Below are positions 18,754 through 28,545 of a stretch of DNA of 64,000 nucleotides, in pieces (the first letter of the stretch is position 1; each line of letters opens with the position of its first letter). A model generated the notes under the pieces. It was not told the origin of the DNA and ran no database searches. It saw only the letters and a program-made list of their open reading frames with translations. Source of the stretch: a virus. A program made the position numbers and the translations under genes. The DNA lies in IMG/VR virus record IMGVR_UViG_3300044673_000097, positions 21,380 through 85,379 of that record; one strand, written 5' to 3'.

Positions 18754-19467
18754 TCAGGTGTTGTTGGTGACGAACAGCGTTTGCTCGACCGTGGTCTCGC
18801 CCGCGTCGTCCTTGCTCGTGATGTCGGTGGCGATCTGCGTCAGGCGCTCGTATTGCTCGAGCACGAATTCCTCGCGCTCACGCATGACCCACTCCATGAT
18901 CAGCGCGCCGTGATGCGAATCGATCCCAACTTCCGAGGGAATGTGGGCGTACTCCGCCGAGGTGAAGGCGAAGGATTCAACGCCCGCATCGGTCAGGATG
19001 TCGATCCCGTTCTGGTAGCTGGGATCGCCGAAGTGCTTGACGGCCAGTTGCAGGCACGTCCGCATCGCCACGCGAATGGGCCCGAGCTTGACCGTCCACT
19101 CTTCGTCGAGCGGCGGGAGCAGGAACATGAGCGTGCCGGTGCATTCGGCGTCGTCGTAGACCTGTGTGCGCTGGAACAATCGTTCCTTGTCGCGCCACAT
19201 GAACAGGGCGGGGCCGCTCCACGTGCGGTTCGCCACACCGTTGGTCGGCTCGTGCGGATAGGTGTCGGCGACGACGTTGCTTCCATCGACGACGAGGCCC
19301 TTGGCTGCGACCCATGCGGCGTTCAGCTTCGTGTTGGCGAATGCCTTGAACGCGGCGAGCAGCTTCGTCAATGCCGGGTCGCAACTGTCGGCTAGGCCAG
19401 CCCCGCCGATGCCAACCTCTGGCGGAACCACCACCGAGCCAAGCTGGTCGGACCTCGGGTTAGCCAT
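18754..19467 (-). CDS. Putative tail terminator/completion protein
   Basis: 237 aa; position between neck genes and sheath. Confidence 0.5.
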   Translation of the reverse strand: MANPRSDQLGSVVVPPEVGIGGAGLADSCDPALTKLLAAFKAFANTKLNAAWVAAKGLVVDGSNVVADTYPHEPTNGVANRTWSGPALFMWRDKERLFQRTQVYDDAECTGTLMFLLPPLDEEWTVKLGPIRVAMRTCLQLAVKHFGDPSYQNGIDILTDAGVESFAFTSAEYAHIPSEVGIDSHHGALIMEWVMREREEFVLEQYERLTQIATDITSKDDAGETTVEQTLFVTNNT

Positions 19468-19921
19468 TGGATGCCACCGAATCGAGCGAGCGCTGAATCA
19501 TCGCCGGAGCTCGCACGTTGAAGTGCTGCCGCGCGTGCTCAGAGAATCCGGCGCCTGCGGTCCCCGGGTGCTTGACGTGCCAGAATGCGACCCACGCGCC
19601 GACCTTGTACCAGTAGAAGCGCAACGGATGGCCTTCGCTCTTGGGGAAGATCCAGTGCGCCTTGGTGGGCTTGTCGACGAACAAGGCGTACTTCGCCGAG
19701 GTCTTCACCTCGCCAGCCCACGAGAATGCGCCCTTGCGGGTCGTCTCGAAGGACATGGAATCGGTCAGCTTGCCGGTCTTGTTCTGGTAGCCGTATTCCT
19801 GCTGCGATTCCTTGGCGTCCTTGGTGGCACGCCAGAACGCCTCGAACCCTTCGTCGCCCATCCGTTGCTCGAGCTGCTTGAACGACTGGACGAACGGGCC
19901 GGTTTCGATTCGGACGAACAT
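19460..19921 (-). CDS. Neck/tail-completion protein (HK97 gp10-like)
   Basis: KTGKLTDS, YALFVDKPTKAH.I.PK...LRF...VKHPGT motifs. Confidence 0.7.
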   Translation of the reverse strand: MFVRIETGPFVQSFKQLEQRMGDEGFEAFWRATKDAKESQQEYGYQNKTGKLTDSMSFETTRKGAFSWAGEVKTSAKYALFVDKPTKAHWIFPKSEGHPLRFYWYKVGAWVAFWHVKHPGTAGAGFSEHARQHFNVRAPAMIQRSLDSVASNG

Positions 19922-20370
19922 CAGAACGGCCCGTGCTCGATGTCGTCGAGGATGAATCGATCACCGACCGCGGGGGCGTAGGTTGTGCCGCCCACGGCCG
20001 CAGCGGTGGGTGCGGTCGAGCTGCCCATGCTGCGCTCGCCGCTCTTGAGCTCGCGGAGCATCTTCTGGGCGCGGTCGTAGCGCTTCTGCTCGGGGTTATC
20101 GGAGCTTTGCGGGCGTCGGAATTCCGGCTTGCGCTCATAGCCGTAGAAGATCGCGAGGTCGACGCAGCACCGCTTGACGACACGCGGGATCGATCCCGTC
20201 ATCGGCACCGTGTACCCGGGGCCGAGGATGGTATTCACGTCCGCCTCGGCGTCGGCGATCGCTTCGGTCACGAGCGCCGCGCTGATTCCGCCGCCGCCGT
20301 CGGAGAACAATTGCGCCAGAAGCGAATTGCCCACCGCGCTCACGAGGTCGGACTGGACGATGTAGGCCAC
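19921..20370 (-). CDS. Head-tail adaptor (Mu gp36/DUF1320-like)
   Basis: MAY..SDL, AIADAEADV..L..Y.VP, CVDLAIF, RYDRA..ML..G motifs. Confidence 0.8.
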   Translation of the reverse strand: MAYIVQSDLVSAVGNSLLAQLFSDGGGGISAALVTEAIADAEADVNTILGPGYTVPMTGSIPRVVKRCCVDLAIFYGYERKPEFRRPQSSDNPEQKRYDRAQKMLRELKSGERSMGSSTAPTAAAVGGTTYAPAVGDRFILDDIEHGPF

Positions 20371-20377
20371 GGTCGGG

Positions 20378-20677
20378 TCAGCCTTCCTCGTTGTCGTCGA
20401 TCAGCACGTTCGGCTCGGGCTCGATCGCGCCGAGCTTCAGGTATCCGTCTCGGTCCTCGTCGCTGAGGTCGTCGACGATTGCGCTCGTGCGCACGTCGCG
20501 CAGGTCGCCCATTCGGTTGGTGTACCGAAGGCCGGTCAGCGCAACGTATCTGTTGGGCCGCTCCACAGCGACGGCGGCCACGACGCGCCCACGATCAACC
20601 ATTGCTGGCTGAGGCGCGGGCGTCGTCGGGACCACCACCGGCTGCGGTCGCGTCTGGTATCGGTTCGCCTTGCTCAT
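20378..20677 (-). CDS. Hypothetical head-region protein
   Basis: 99 aa ORF with ..LGAIE.. motif, after the capsid gene. Confidence 0.55.
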   Translation of the reverse strand: MSKANRYQTRPQPVVVPTTPAPQPAMVDRGRVVAAVAVERPNRYVALTGLRYTNRMGDLRDVRTSAIVDDLSDEDRDGYLKLGAIEPEPNVLIDDNEEG

Positions 20678-20712
20678 GGCAGGTGTTTCCGATCACTCAG
20701 ACCGCGTCAGGC

Positions 20713-21768
20713 TCACTGGTACGCGGCGGTGTAGAGGTAGCCAGTCGCGGCGGCCACGACCTTGACATCCTCGTTGTACACGACGGCAACGCGCTCGCCG
20801 CCGTCCTGCCCGCGGCCCGACTCGATCCAGCTCCGGAGGCGGAAGCCCGCGCCCGTGCTGGCCTTGCGCCAACGGAAGGTGCGCGCCGTGGGCACGTTCT
20901 CGCCGTTGGTCGTGGCGCCCGCGGGGACGTGGAGCAGCGTCACCGCATTGCCCCACAGGTACCCGTAGCTGCCGTCGGTCGTGCTCTTGCCCTTCATCCG
21001 CCCGATGACGAACGGAGGCAGGCCGAGCAGGCGGGCAATCGCCTGCGGATCGCTACCGAGCGACTGCGCGCCCGAGTAGCTGAAGTGCTTCGTCACGTTC
21101 GGGTTCTGGATGAACGCGAAGTACGTGCGCTCGCTCATCGCCACGTGGGTGATGGGCAGAAGGGCATTCTCGATGCCCGTCATGATGTCCTTGATCGGGT
21201 CGGAGCTGGCGCCGCCGTTCCACTTGCTTCCCGCGGCGATCGCAGCGGTGAAGCCCGAGAACGCCGAGGCGCTCTGCAGGGCAGCGACCACGCGCTTTTC
21301 GTGGTGGAGCGTCACCACGTTCATGCACCGCTCGACGGCGGCCAGGCGGGGATTGACGCCCGCGTCGGCATTCGCCACGGCGCCCTGCGACACGAACGAG
21401 CTGATCCCGTACGGCTTGCAGGAGTAGTTGTCGGTCGACTTCTGCGGCGAGATCTCACTGAGCGCGGCATCCTCGCCGGCCATCTCGTCGGTGACCTCCT
21501 GGAACTTGTTGTCCTTGCTCCAGGTGTGGAAGGAATCGGAGGCCTTGTCCACCGGCAGCGGGGGCGCAACGATGTCCGCGATCGCCTCGCTCATGTTCGA
21601 GCCGTAGCCCGTCACGAAGCCTTCGAGCGCGCCGTTGATGTGCACGTCGCTGACGCTCAGCTCGCGCATCTCGAACGGCTTGCCGTCCACGTGCACGATC
21701 ATGTTGTCTTCGTCGATCAGCCGAACACGGCCGTCGTCGGAGCGCAGCTTGATGAGATTGCCACTCAT
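20713..21768 (-). CDS. Major capsid protein
   Basis: IADIVAP.LPV, KW...SSDPIKDI, YLWGN and VAAATGYL motifs; strong AGGAAAGGA RBS. Confidence 0.85.
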   Translation of the reverse strand: MSGNLIKLRSDDGRVRLIDEDNMIVHVDGKPFEMRELSVSDVHINGALEGFVTGYGSNMSEAIADIVAPPLPVDKASDSFHTWSKDNKFQEVTDEMAGEDAALSEISPQKSTDNYSCKPYGISSFVSQGAVANADAGVNPRLAAVERCMNVVTLHHEKRVVAALQSASAFSGFTAAIAAGSKWNGGASSDPIKDIMTGIENALLPITHVAMSERTYFAFIQNPNVTKHFSYSGAQSLGSDPQAIARLLGLPPFVIGRMKGKSTTDGSYGYLWGNAVTLLHVPAGATTNGENVPTARTFRWRKASTGAGFRLRSWIESGRGQDGGERVAVVYNEDVKVVAAATGYLYTAAYQ

Positions 21769-21793
21769 TGGGAATTTCCTTTCCTGCTCACGC

Positions 21794-22231
21794 TCACGCC
21801 GACTTCGGCAGCGTGTGAGGGTTGACGTTGATGACGAACAGGTCGTTGTCCGCAGCGGCGGCGAGCAGGCAGGTGCCCAGCTCTTCGGTCGCGGCGGCGG
21901 CGGACGCGAGAATCACGTCTCCCTCGCTGCCGGCCACGTCGCAGATCATGACCTTCTGGCCCGAGGCAATCGCCTCACCCGCCTTGGCGATGGCGGGACC
22001 CATCACGGTCACCTTGCCGTAGCCACCGGCGGGAATCGATTCGGTCGTGATGCCGGCAGTCTTGGCGCGGCCACCACCGGCGCCCGGGAGCGCGACGGCG
22101 AAGGGCTTGCCGGACACGGCCTCGAACAGGACCGCCCGATTCGCGTCGATCGCGGTCGCGGCGTTGTTGAAGCAGACGATATTGACGGGGTGCGAGCCAG
22201 CGGGCAGCGCAACCTGAGCATGCTGTGCCAT
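21794..22231 (-). CDS. Capsid decoration/cement protein (DUF2190-like)
   Basis: Small Ala/Gly-rich protein with G...AGEAIASG..V and LLAAAADND motifs, upstream of the capsid gene. Confidence 0.7.
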   Translation of the reverse strand: MAQHAQVALPAGSHPVNIVCFNNAATAIDANRAVLFEAVSGKPFAVALPGAGGGRAKTAGITTESIPAGGYGKVTVMGPAIAKAGEAIASGQKVMICDVAGSEGDVILASAAAATEELGTCLLAAAADNDLFVINVNPHTLPKSA

Positions 22232-22266
22232 GAGATCTTCTCCTCTACGAAGTTGCGGTCAGCGAC

Positions 22267-24258
22267 TCAGGCCGACGCCTTGGCGAGTTCGTATTCGTTG
22301 AGGGCGCGCGAATACGCGTCCATGTACGAGAGGCCGGACTTGCGCAGTTCGGCGATGCGGGCATTGAGCGGGCTCTCGCCGGTCTCCGCGGTGGCGCGCT
22401 GGGTGTTGGTGGAATCGGCGGGCTTGACCACGCGGTCGAGCAGCGCCTTGCGGGGCGGCTCTTCCTGCGCGGGGTACAGCTTGCGGAACGCCTCGGGCGC
22501 CGCCTTCGCCGTCACGAGCAGCGCATCGCGCTTGCTCTCGGGCTCGCGTCCGCTCTTGATCAGCGCTTCGACCATGTCGACGATCGCGCGCTCCTCGGCC
22601 TCGCGGTACTTCGCGACGGTCGATTCGGCATCGGCCGCACGCTGCTCGGCGGCGGTGGCCTTGTCGGTGGCGGCCTTGACCGCGAGATCGCGATCGGCAA
22701 TCGCGCGCACGGCGCTGTCCACGTCCTGGCAGCCCAGCACTGCGGCGAGTGCCGCCGGGAGCGTCTCGACCTGATGAGACTTGTTTTCGGGCATGACTAC
22801 CTGCTCCTCCGGCGGGGCCGGGATTGGAGACGGCGCCGCACCCTGCGACACCGTAATTGCATTGGTCGTTGTGGCTGCAGTCGCGGGAACGCCGGGGATC
22901 TCGACGTAATGACTGCGGGCCTGGAATTCTCGAAGCTGATTGGCGAGCGTGTTCGGATTGCTCGGCACCGGCACGACGCTGATCTCGACCAGCTCGGCTT
23001 CCTCGATGATGAGAACCTCGTCGGCGTTCGAATTGCCGTCGCGCTTCTCCCATCGGTACTTGAGCGGGACGAATCCGACCGACAGCCCGCGGATGATCTT
23101 CTTGACCATCTTGCGGAACACCGTTTCGGCCTTGGGCTCGTCGTCGAATTGAAGGTCGGCGATGAGCTGCGAGCCATCGATGCGGGCGACCGTCTTGCCG
23201 AGCACGTCCTCGGGCTCTGGCGAATCCCACCCGCCGGTCTTGTGCGCCCAGATCAGGACGGGATTTCGCAGGTATCGGTCGAGCTTCCAGCCATTGGCCT
23301 TGATGATCGAACCGTGCGAATCCTCGGTCTCGTCGGACGCGATGCAGCCGCGAATGGTGCGGGCGCCCTCGTCCACCTCGCGCGTGTCGTCCACAGCGAC
23401 ATAGGCGCGCAGGAACGGCTGAGGCGAGGGCCGATTCGGCTGCGTCGTCGTGGTATCAGCAGGCATTGCAATCTCCCTCTCGGGGACAATCAGGCCGAAC
23501 GCGTACAGCGTCGTGATGCATTGACATCGGGCGTGCGCACTCGGCCCGGGCAGCGAGAACGAAAAGCCGATCGGCCGAATCTCTCCGTGGGCCGCACGGC
23601 ACTTGACGCATGCGTCCGACCGCGAATCCCAGCGAAGGCACACGACCACGATCGGCTGCTTGCCGTCGCCTTCTGCTCGCGTCTCGGCTCCGTCGAATGC
23701 GCGCAGGTCCGATTCGGACTTCGCCACCTTGAAGCCGAGTGCCGTCGTCGCCGACTCGCTCATTTCCGAGAGCGACGATTCGGCCGCGCGACGACCGTTC
23801 GTGTACGCGTTGGTCGCCTCGGATTCGATGATCGTGTCGGTGTGGTACGCGGCTCGCTCGAAAGCTGCTGCTGCGTCCGACTCGGTTGCCTTCGCAGCGG
23901 CCACCATCGATCGAGCTGTCTCGACGGCGTTGTCGATGTACTGCTCGACATCCGCGGGCGACGGGTCATCGCCGATGCTGATTGCGACGTTCCCGGCGCC
24001 GTCACCGATCATCGCTCGCAATTCGGCCAGCACGTGGGCCAGGGCAAGCTGGTGAGCCTGCGACCTGGCCGCCTGAATCCGGATTGCGATGGCGCTTCGA
24101 AGGCGCTCGTAGACCGTCTCCGAATCGACGACCTGTGCGAGCGCCTTGTATGCGCGTGCCGTGTCTGCCTTCGCCGACTCGACGGATGCGGCGCACTCGT
24201 TGGCGTGCCTCTCCGTCAGCGCGACCATGCGCGCTCGGATGTCAGCGAGCGTTCCCAT
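22267..24258 (-). CDS. Fused head morphogenesis (Mu gpF-like) + HK97-type prohead protease + scaffold
   Basis: W....DAC.KC..HG..P.AHARCQC (gpF-like); NPVLIWAH, GLSVGF, ELVEISVVPVPSNP (protease); Ala/Glu-rich helical C-terminus. Confidence 0.8.
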   Translation of the reverse strand: MGTLADIRARMVALTERHANECAASVESAKADTARAYKALAQVVDSETVYERLRSAIAIRIQAARSQAHQLALAHVLAELRAMIGDGAGNVAISIGDDPSPADVEQYIDNAVETARSMVAAAKATESDAAAAFERAAYHTDTIIESEATNAYTNGRRAAESSLSEMSESATTALGFKVAKSESDLRAFDGAETRAEGDGKQPIVVVCLRWDSRSDACVKCRAAHGEIRPIGFSFSLPGPSAHARCQCITTLYAFGLIVPEREIAMPADTTTTQPNRPSPQPFLRAYVAVDDTREVDEGARTIRGCIASDETEDSHGSIIKANGWKLDRYLRNPVLIWAHKTGGWDSPEPEDVLGKTVARIDGSQLIADLQFDDEPKAETVFRKMVKKIIRGLSVGFVPLKYRWEKRDGNSNADEVLIIEEAELVEISVVPVPSNPNTLANQLREFQARSHYVEIPGVPATAATTTNAITVSQGAAPSPIPAPPEEQVVMPENKSHQVETLPAALAAVLGCQDVDSAVRAIADRDLAVKAATDKATAAEQRAADAESTVAKYREAEERAIVDMVEALIKSGREPESKRDALLVTAKAAPEAFRKLYPAQEEPPRKALLDRVVKPADSTNTQRATAETGESPLNARIAELRKSGLSYMDAYSRALNEYELAKASA

Positions 24259-24269
24259 TCAGGCTCGAA

Positions 24270-24926
24270 TCAGGCCAGCGGCTTGCGCTTGTAGACGAGC
24301 TGCACGCGGCTCACGATCACGTCGTCGGTGCCGAGCGTGCCGTCCTTCGGCTTGATGCTCATGGTGACGTTGGACCCGGTCGCAGCGAGGTTCGCGAGCG
24401 CGAGGGTCAGCGAGACTTCCTGAAGCGTCTTGGCTGCAGCGTCGCCCGTCATCGCCGAGGTATCGCCACCGAAGTCGGCATCGGCGTCATGCAGCGCGCC
24501 GACGACGTTGTTGTAGCAAGCGATGGTGAACTTGGTCGCGTCGCCGACGGTGTTTCCGGTCTTGGACGCCTCGACCTTGAGGTAGGCATTCGCCGTGATG
24601 TCCATGTCCGCGGGCATCGTGAAGCGCGTGAAAACCGCGGTCTGCCCCGCCTGATTGTTCCAGCGAATCCCCATGCACTTCGAATCAGCGAGCGTCACGC
24701 CGGGAGCCGACGCGCCCGCATTGTCCGCGAACGCAGCCATGGGCGTTCCCGCGGCGAGGATGGCGCCGGTCAGGTCGATGTCGAGCGTCGCGTTCGAGCT
24801 CGTCGCGCTCGTCTTGACGTACGTCGCAACGGCCTCGAGCTCGCGGGCCATGCGCTCGACCTTGAGCGCGTTGTCTTCGATCTGCCCGAACGAGGGGACC
24901 GTAGTCGGGAATCCAGCAGTGCTCAT
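24270..24926 (-). CDS. Hypothetical virion protein
   Basis: 218 aa beta-rich ORF coupled to the portal stop codon. Confidence 0.55.
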   Translation of the reverse strand: MSTAGFPTTVPSFGQIEDNALKVERMARELEAVATYVKTSATSSNATLDIDLTGAILAAGTPMAAFADNAGASAPGVTLADSKCMGIRWNNQAGQTAVFTRFTMPADMDITANAYLKVEASKTGNTVGDATKFTIACYNNVVGALHDADADFGGDTSAMTGDAAAKTLQEVSLTLALANLAATGSNVTMSIKPKDGTLGTDDVIVSRVQLVYKRKPLA

Positions 24927-26380
24927 TCGTCTTCTCCATCGCCCTCGTCGGGCTGGGTTGAATCGTCCTTCGCGTCGGTGGAGTCGCCCTCCATGTCGGG
25001 CATCACCGGCGGGGTATCGCTCGCAGGCTCATCCGGTTCGACAGGCTCGGGCTCGTCGTCCTCCGGGTCCTTCTCGACGGGCGCCACATAGGCCACGGCC
25101 GTGCCGTCCTTGCTCATCACCACGTCGCCGGGGACAGCGTGCGGGATTCCGAATCGCTCGGACGCCCACACCGTCGGGACCGGCACGCCCTTGTCGACGA
25201 GCCCCGTCACCGTCTCCATCGCCAGCTTGTCGTCTTCCGCCGGCTCCACCTTCGTGTGGTAGGTCGGCAGGTACTTGTCAGCCGCAGCTCGACCGAAGTT
25301 CAGAATCACGAGCGGTCGCACAACGAACTGCTGAACAGCCTCGTCCCACGCGCGCCCATCGACGCAGATGATCTCGTCCTGATCCTTGCTCTGCGTCTCG
25401 GCCTGCGCACCCTCGCCGCGCTTGCTCGTGCCCGTGGTCAAGTGACCGCCGAGCACGGCCTCGGATTCCTGCGCGTCGCACAGGTCAATCAGGCCCGTGT
25501 GCGGCGTGTTCGATCCAGCCGTCCCGGATTGCGAGCCCTGCCCTTTGAAGGACAGCGAGAATGCGTCCGAATGGGCGACGGCGCCGAGGCCCGATGCGAC
25601 CTTCTGCGCCACGCCATGCGCGTCTTCGATGTCCTGCGCTGAGGCAGTCGTGGAGTTGCCGCTCTTCCACTCGACATCGACGAGCGACTTGCCGCGCGAC
25701 TCGACGAACACCATCATGTCGCGCCACGCGAACCTCTTGAACCCCATCGGGTAGGCGATGATTCGCCCGAGGCCTTCGCGCGTCGGGTATTCGTCCGCGA
25801 GCTTCGGCTCGAAGATGAAGAACTTCCCCTCCCACTGCGGGTCGCCGGGGAAGACGCCCGTCGAATTGCCGTAGCCGTCGCCCACGTACAGGCGGAACTG
25901 CTCGTCGTAGTCCAGCCGACGGTTGTGGATGAACTCGAGTCGGTCGATCAGCCAATCGCCATTGGTGCGCCGCCAGATGAGTTCCCGCGCGGAGACGCCG
26001 TAGAAGGTGCCCCACAGGAGCCCGCGGCAATGCGTCTGCCAATTCGGGATCTGCGCGATGGCCTCCCGTACGAACTGCGCGACCAGCTCTGCGCCTGCGC
26101 GGTCAGCCTCGTTGTCCTCCCCGAACTTCGCCGGCAGAATATCGAAAGGCTTGTTCGCGACAGACGAGAAGCGCTTGGACAGCACCGAGAACGCGTGCGG
26201 GTCGCCTTCGAGAAGCTCCCGCAATACGTCGACGTACGTCTGCCGATCGCCCTGCTCGGCGTACCGCATGGCCGAACCGATTGCGGCCACCGTCGCCCTC
26301 GCGCCGTAGTGCACAGGGAACCGATCGTTCGGGTCCGGGCGCACATATTGGCGCTCGAGCTGTGCGAGGCGGATGGGCAT
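24923..26380 (-). CDS. Portal protein (Mu gp29/DUF935-like)
   Basis: D.H...L.KR, FYG.S..EL.W, GLGR, SEAVLGG.LT and LV.LNFG motifs. Confidence 0.9.
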   Translation of the reverse strand: MPIRLAQLERQYVRPDPNDRFPVHYGARATVAAIGSAMRYAEQGDRQTYVDVLRELLEGDPHAFSVLSKRFSSVANKPFDILPAKFGEDNEADRAGAELVAQFVREAIAQIPNWQTHCRGLLWGTFYGVSARELIWRRTNGDWLIDRLEFIHNRRLDYDEQFRLYVGDGYGNSTGVFPGDPQWEGKFFIFEPKLADEYPTREGLGRIIAYPMGFKRFAWRDMMVFVESRGKSLVDVEWKSGNSTTASAQDIEDAHGVAQKVASGLGAVAHSDAFSLSFKGQGSQSGTAGSNTPHTGLIDLCDAQESEAVLGGHLTTGTSKRGEGAQAETQSKDQDEIICVDGRAWDEAVQQFVVRPLVILNFGRAAADKYLPTYHTKVEPAEDDKLAMETVTGLVDKGVPVPTVWASERFGIPHAVPGDVVMSKDGTAVAYVAPVEKDPEDDEPEPVEPDEPASDTPPVMPDMEGDSTDAKDDSTQPDEGDGEDE

Positions 26381-26389
26381 GGTGTTCGG

Positions 26390-27763
26390 CTATTCGTCGT
26401 CAAAGCAGCTTGTGCGAGCGAAGGTTGAGGCGCGGGATTGGGGCGCCTGCTGAGGGCCGATCATCAGGAACGTCAGCCCCCACACGAGCGCGTCGACGCG
26501 GTCTGGTGAGCCGTCATCGTTGACGGGGTCCCATGCGCACATCTGGTCTTCGAGCTTGGCGAGCACTCCGACGTGGTGCACCCTGCCTTGCTCGTAGAGC
26601 GCCGAGATGGGCTCGGCTCGCGTCATCTTCCCGCGACTCGCGTGCACGCCCTCATACGGGATCGTGTTGCGCGCCGTCCGCACGTTGGACTCGACGAGGT
26701 CGCCGCCGTTGTTCGTCTCGCCGATGACCTTGTCGGCCCTGTGCGAATCGAATGCGGCAACGGCTCGAGCGGCCCATTGCGCCGGGGGAAAGATTCCGGA
26801 CTTGTCGTCGAGCACGTAGGCGTGGCCGTCGATGCCGAGGCCCACAACCACGATGCCCGTTTCGTTGCTCTTCGGGTTCGCCGTGACCGCCGGGTCGATC
26901 GCTACGACCACCCTGCGCAGCTCTGGCGCCGTCGCAACCCTGAGCGCGTCAATCCGTGGCCGTTGCCACAGCGCGCCGGGATTGTCTTCGAGCACCTCGG
27001 CCTGAAGCTCCTGCCTGCCGAGTCGCGTCCCCTCGTACTGCCGGATGATGGCATCGAAGAACGCGGGCGCCAGGTTCGATCGATTCTCGTAGGTCGTGCC
27101 GCGCGTCACCGCAACGTCATTGCCGTTGCGAGCGAGCAGCGCCTTGACCAACGGAATCGGCCGGGGGGTCGTCGTGACGATTCCCTGCGGCGTGGCCCCC
27201 AATCGGAAGCCGAGTTGCAATTGCGTCCACGCGTCGGGATAGCGCCATGACGCCAACTCTTCGGCCCAGAACGCGTCGCACTGCTTGCCGCGGAATCGGT
27301 CTGGCTTCTCGGCACTGATGCACAATGCCTTCGCGCCGTTCGGCCATTCGACGCGGCCACGATTCGCCACGTACGTCGGCTTGCACCATGGCGAGGCAGT
27401 CGCGAGAATCCCCGACTCGCCTTCGATCATGATGTCGCGCAGGTCGTCCGCAGTCGGCGCGGCGAGAATGATTCTCTTCGCCTTGCCCGTCTCGACCTTC
27501 TCGCGAATCCACTCAGCACCGCACCGGGTCTTGCCGAATCCTCGACCTGCGAGAATCAGCCAGATGACCCACTGCCAATCCGGCGCAATCTGCTTGGGTC
27601 GGGCAATCAGCCCGCGCCAATCGTACAGGAGCGAACGCGCGACAGCTTCAGGCAGGCTCGCCAGAATCTCCGCCCGCTGGTTCGCCGTCAGGCTTTCCAG
27701 CAAGCGCCGCAATTCGCTCGGCGAGCATGCTTCGGGCATCTTCGATGGGGATGGCGCCACCAT
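26390..27763 (-). CDS. terL: Terminase large subunit
   Basis: Walker A AGRGFGKT, Walker B FWAEE, VTTTP coupling motif, nuclease VAIDPA and SPDRVDA; start may be 27739. Confidence 0.95.
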   Translation of the reverse strand: MVAPSPSKMPEACSPSELRRLLESLTANQRAEILASLPEAVARSLLYDWRGLIARPKQIAPDWQWVIWLILAGRGFGKTRCGAEWIREKVETGKAKRIILAAPTADDLRDIMIEGESGILATASPWCKPTYVANRGRVEWPNGAKALCISAEKPDRFRGKQCDAFWAEELASWRYPDAWTQLQLGFRLGATPQGIVTTTPRPIPLVKALLARNGNDVAVTRGTTYENRSNLAPAFFDAIIRQYEGTRLGRQELQAEVLEDNPGALWQRPRIDALRVATAPELRRVVVAIDPAVTANPKSNETGIVVVGLGIDGHAYVLDDKSGIFPPAQWAARAVAAFDSHRADKVIGETNNGGDLVESNVRTARNTIPYEGVHASRGKMTRAEPISALYEQGRVHHVGVLAKLEDQMCAWDPVNDDGSPDRVDALVWGLTFLMIGPQQAPQSRASTFARTSCFDDE

Positions 27764-28127
27764 CGGGGCCGCTCACTTCCTGTTTCGTCGGGGCGTCGAG
27801 CCCGAGCAACTTCGCTCGTCGCTCCATGATCTTCAGGGCCGTCTCGATCTTGCGCGCATCGCCCTTGTCGATGTCTTCGCGCATCGCGACGAGCATGCCG
27901 TCGAGCCGCTCCAATTCGATCTGGCGCAACTCGGCAGCCTTCTCGGCGGATTCCGCTTGCAGCTTCGCGAGTTCATCGGACACGAGCTTGTAGGCCCATC
28001 CGACACTGCAGCCCATCTCGGCGGCGATGTCCCGATACGACAGCCCCTTGACCCGAAGCGCGAATGCCCGCGTGGTCTGCTCTGCAACGGTGCAGGCATT
28101 CGGGGTAGTGGCGTTTTTGTCGGGCAT
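27648..28127 (-). CDS. terS: Terminase small subunit (HTH)
   Basis: GLSYRDIAAEMG HTH, ERRAKLLGLDAP and SGPDGGAI motifs; overlaps the terL start. Confidence 0.8.
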   Translation of the reverse strand: MPDKNATTPNACTVAEQTTRAFALRVKGLSYRDIAAEMGCSVGWAYKLVSDELAKLQAESAEKAAELRQIELERLDGMLVAMREDIDKGDARKIETALKIMERRAKLLGLDAPTKQEVSGPDGGAIPIEDARSMLAERIAALAGKPDGEPAGGDSGEPA

Positions 28128-28129
28128 TG

Positions 28130-28545
28130 TTCACGCCGTAGACGGCGTTCATAGTGACTCCCGCCCTCAAACCCCAGCACCGGGCCGGGATTGGTAGCGA
28201 GAGTCGAACCAAAAGCCCGCCGAGAGAGCGCATCGTCGAGAGGCGCGGCGGGATGACAGGAAGGCCCCGCCAGCGATTAGACCAGCGAGGCAGGCATCGC
28301 GAATCCGCGTGTGGAGGCGGACTCCCCGGCGTGCGCGAAACGCGCTCGGCGTGCTGCGGGGCCTTGAAGAGCAGCCCCGAGGATTTGCAGACCGGGAGGT
28401 ATCGGTCGCGGGTGCCGGGGCAGTCCACCCGTGGGCGAGCAAGGGGAGTCGCACCGAGAGACTTTGGCTACGCGTCGAGCGTAGGCGTCCTGTGGAGTTG
28501 CCGAACAATTCGTAACGCGCAAGTCTTCTACCTCGCGTGCGCGCG
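28130..28545 (-). ncRNA. Candidate structured late-operon leader RNA
   Basis: About 400 nt without a credible ORF; nested stems including 28443-28450 pairing with 28320-28327. Confidence 0.45.
28211..28252 (-). terminator. Candidate intrinsic terminator/attenuator upstream of terS
   Basis: CCCGCCG...CGGCGGG stem followed by CTTTT on the minus strand. Confidence 0.4.

Noticed and set aside
28191-28210. Minus-strand GGTTCGACTCTCGCTACCA resembling a tRNA T-loop and CCA end
   Set aside because: Flanks do not form a T-stem, acceptor stem or cloverleaf
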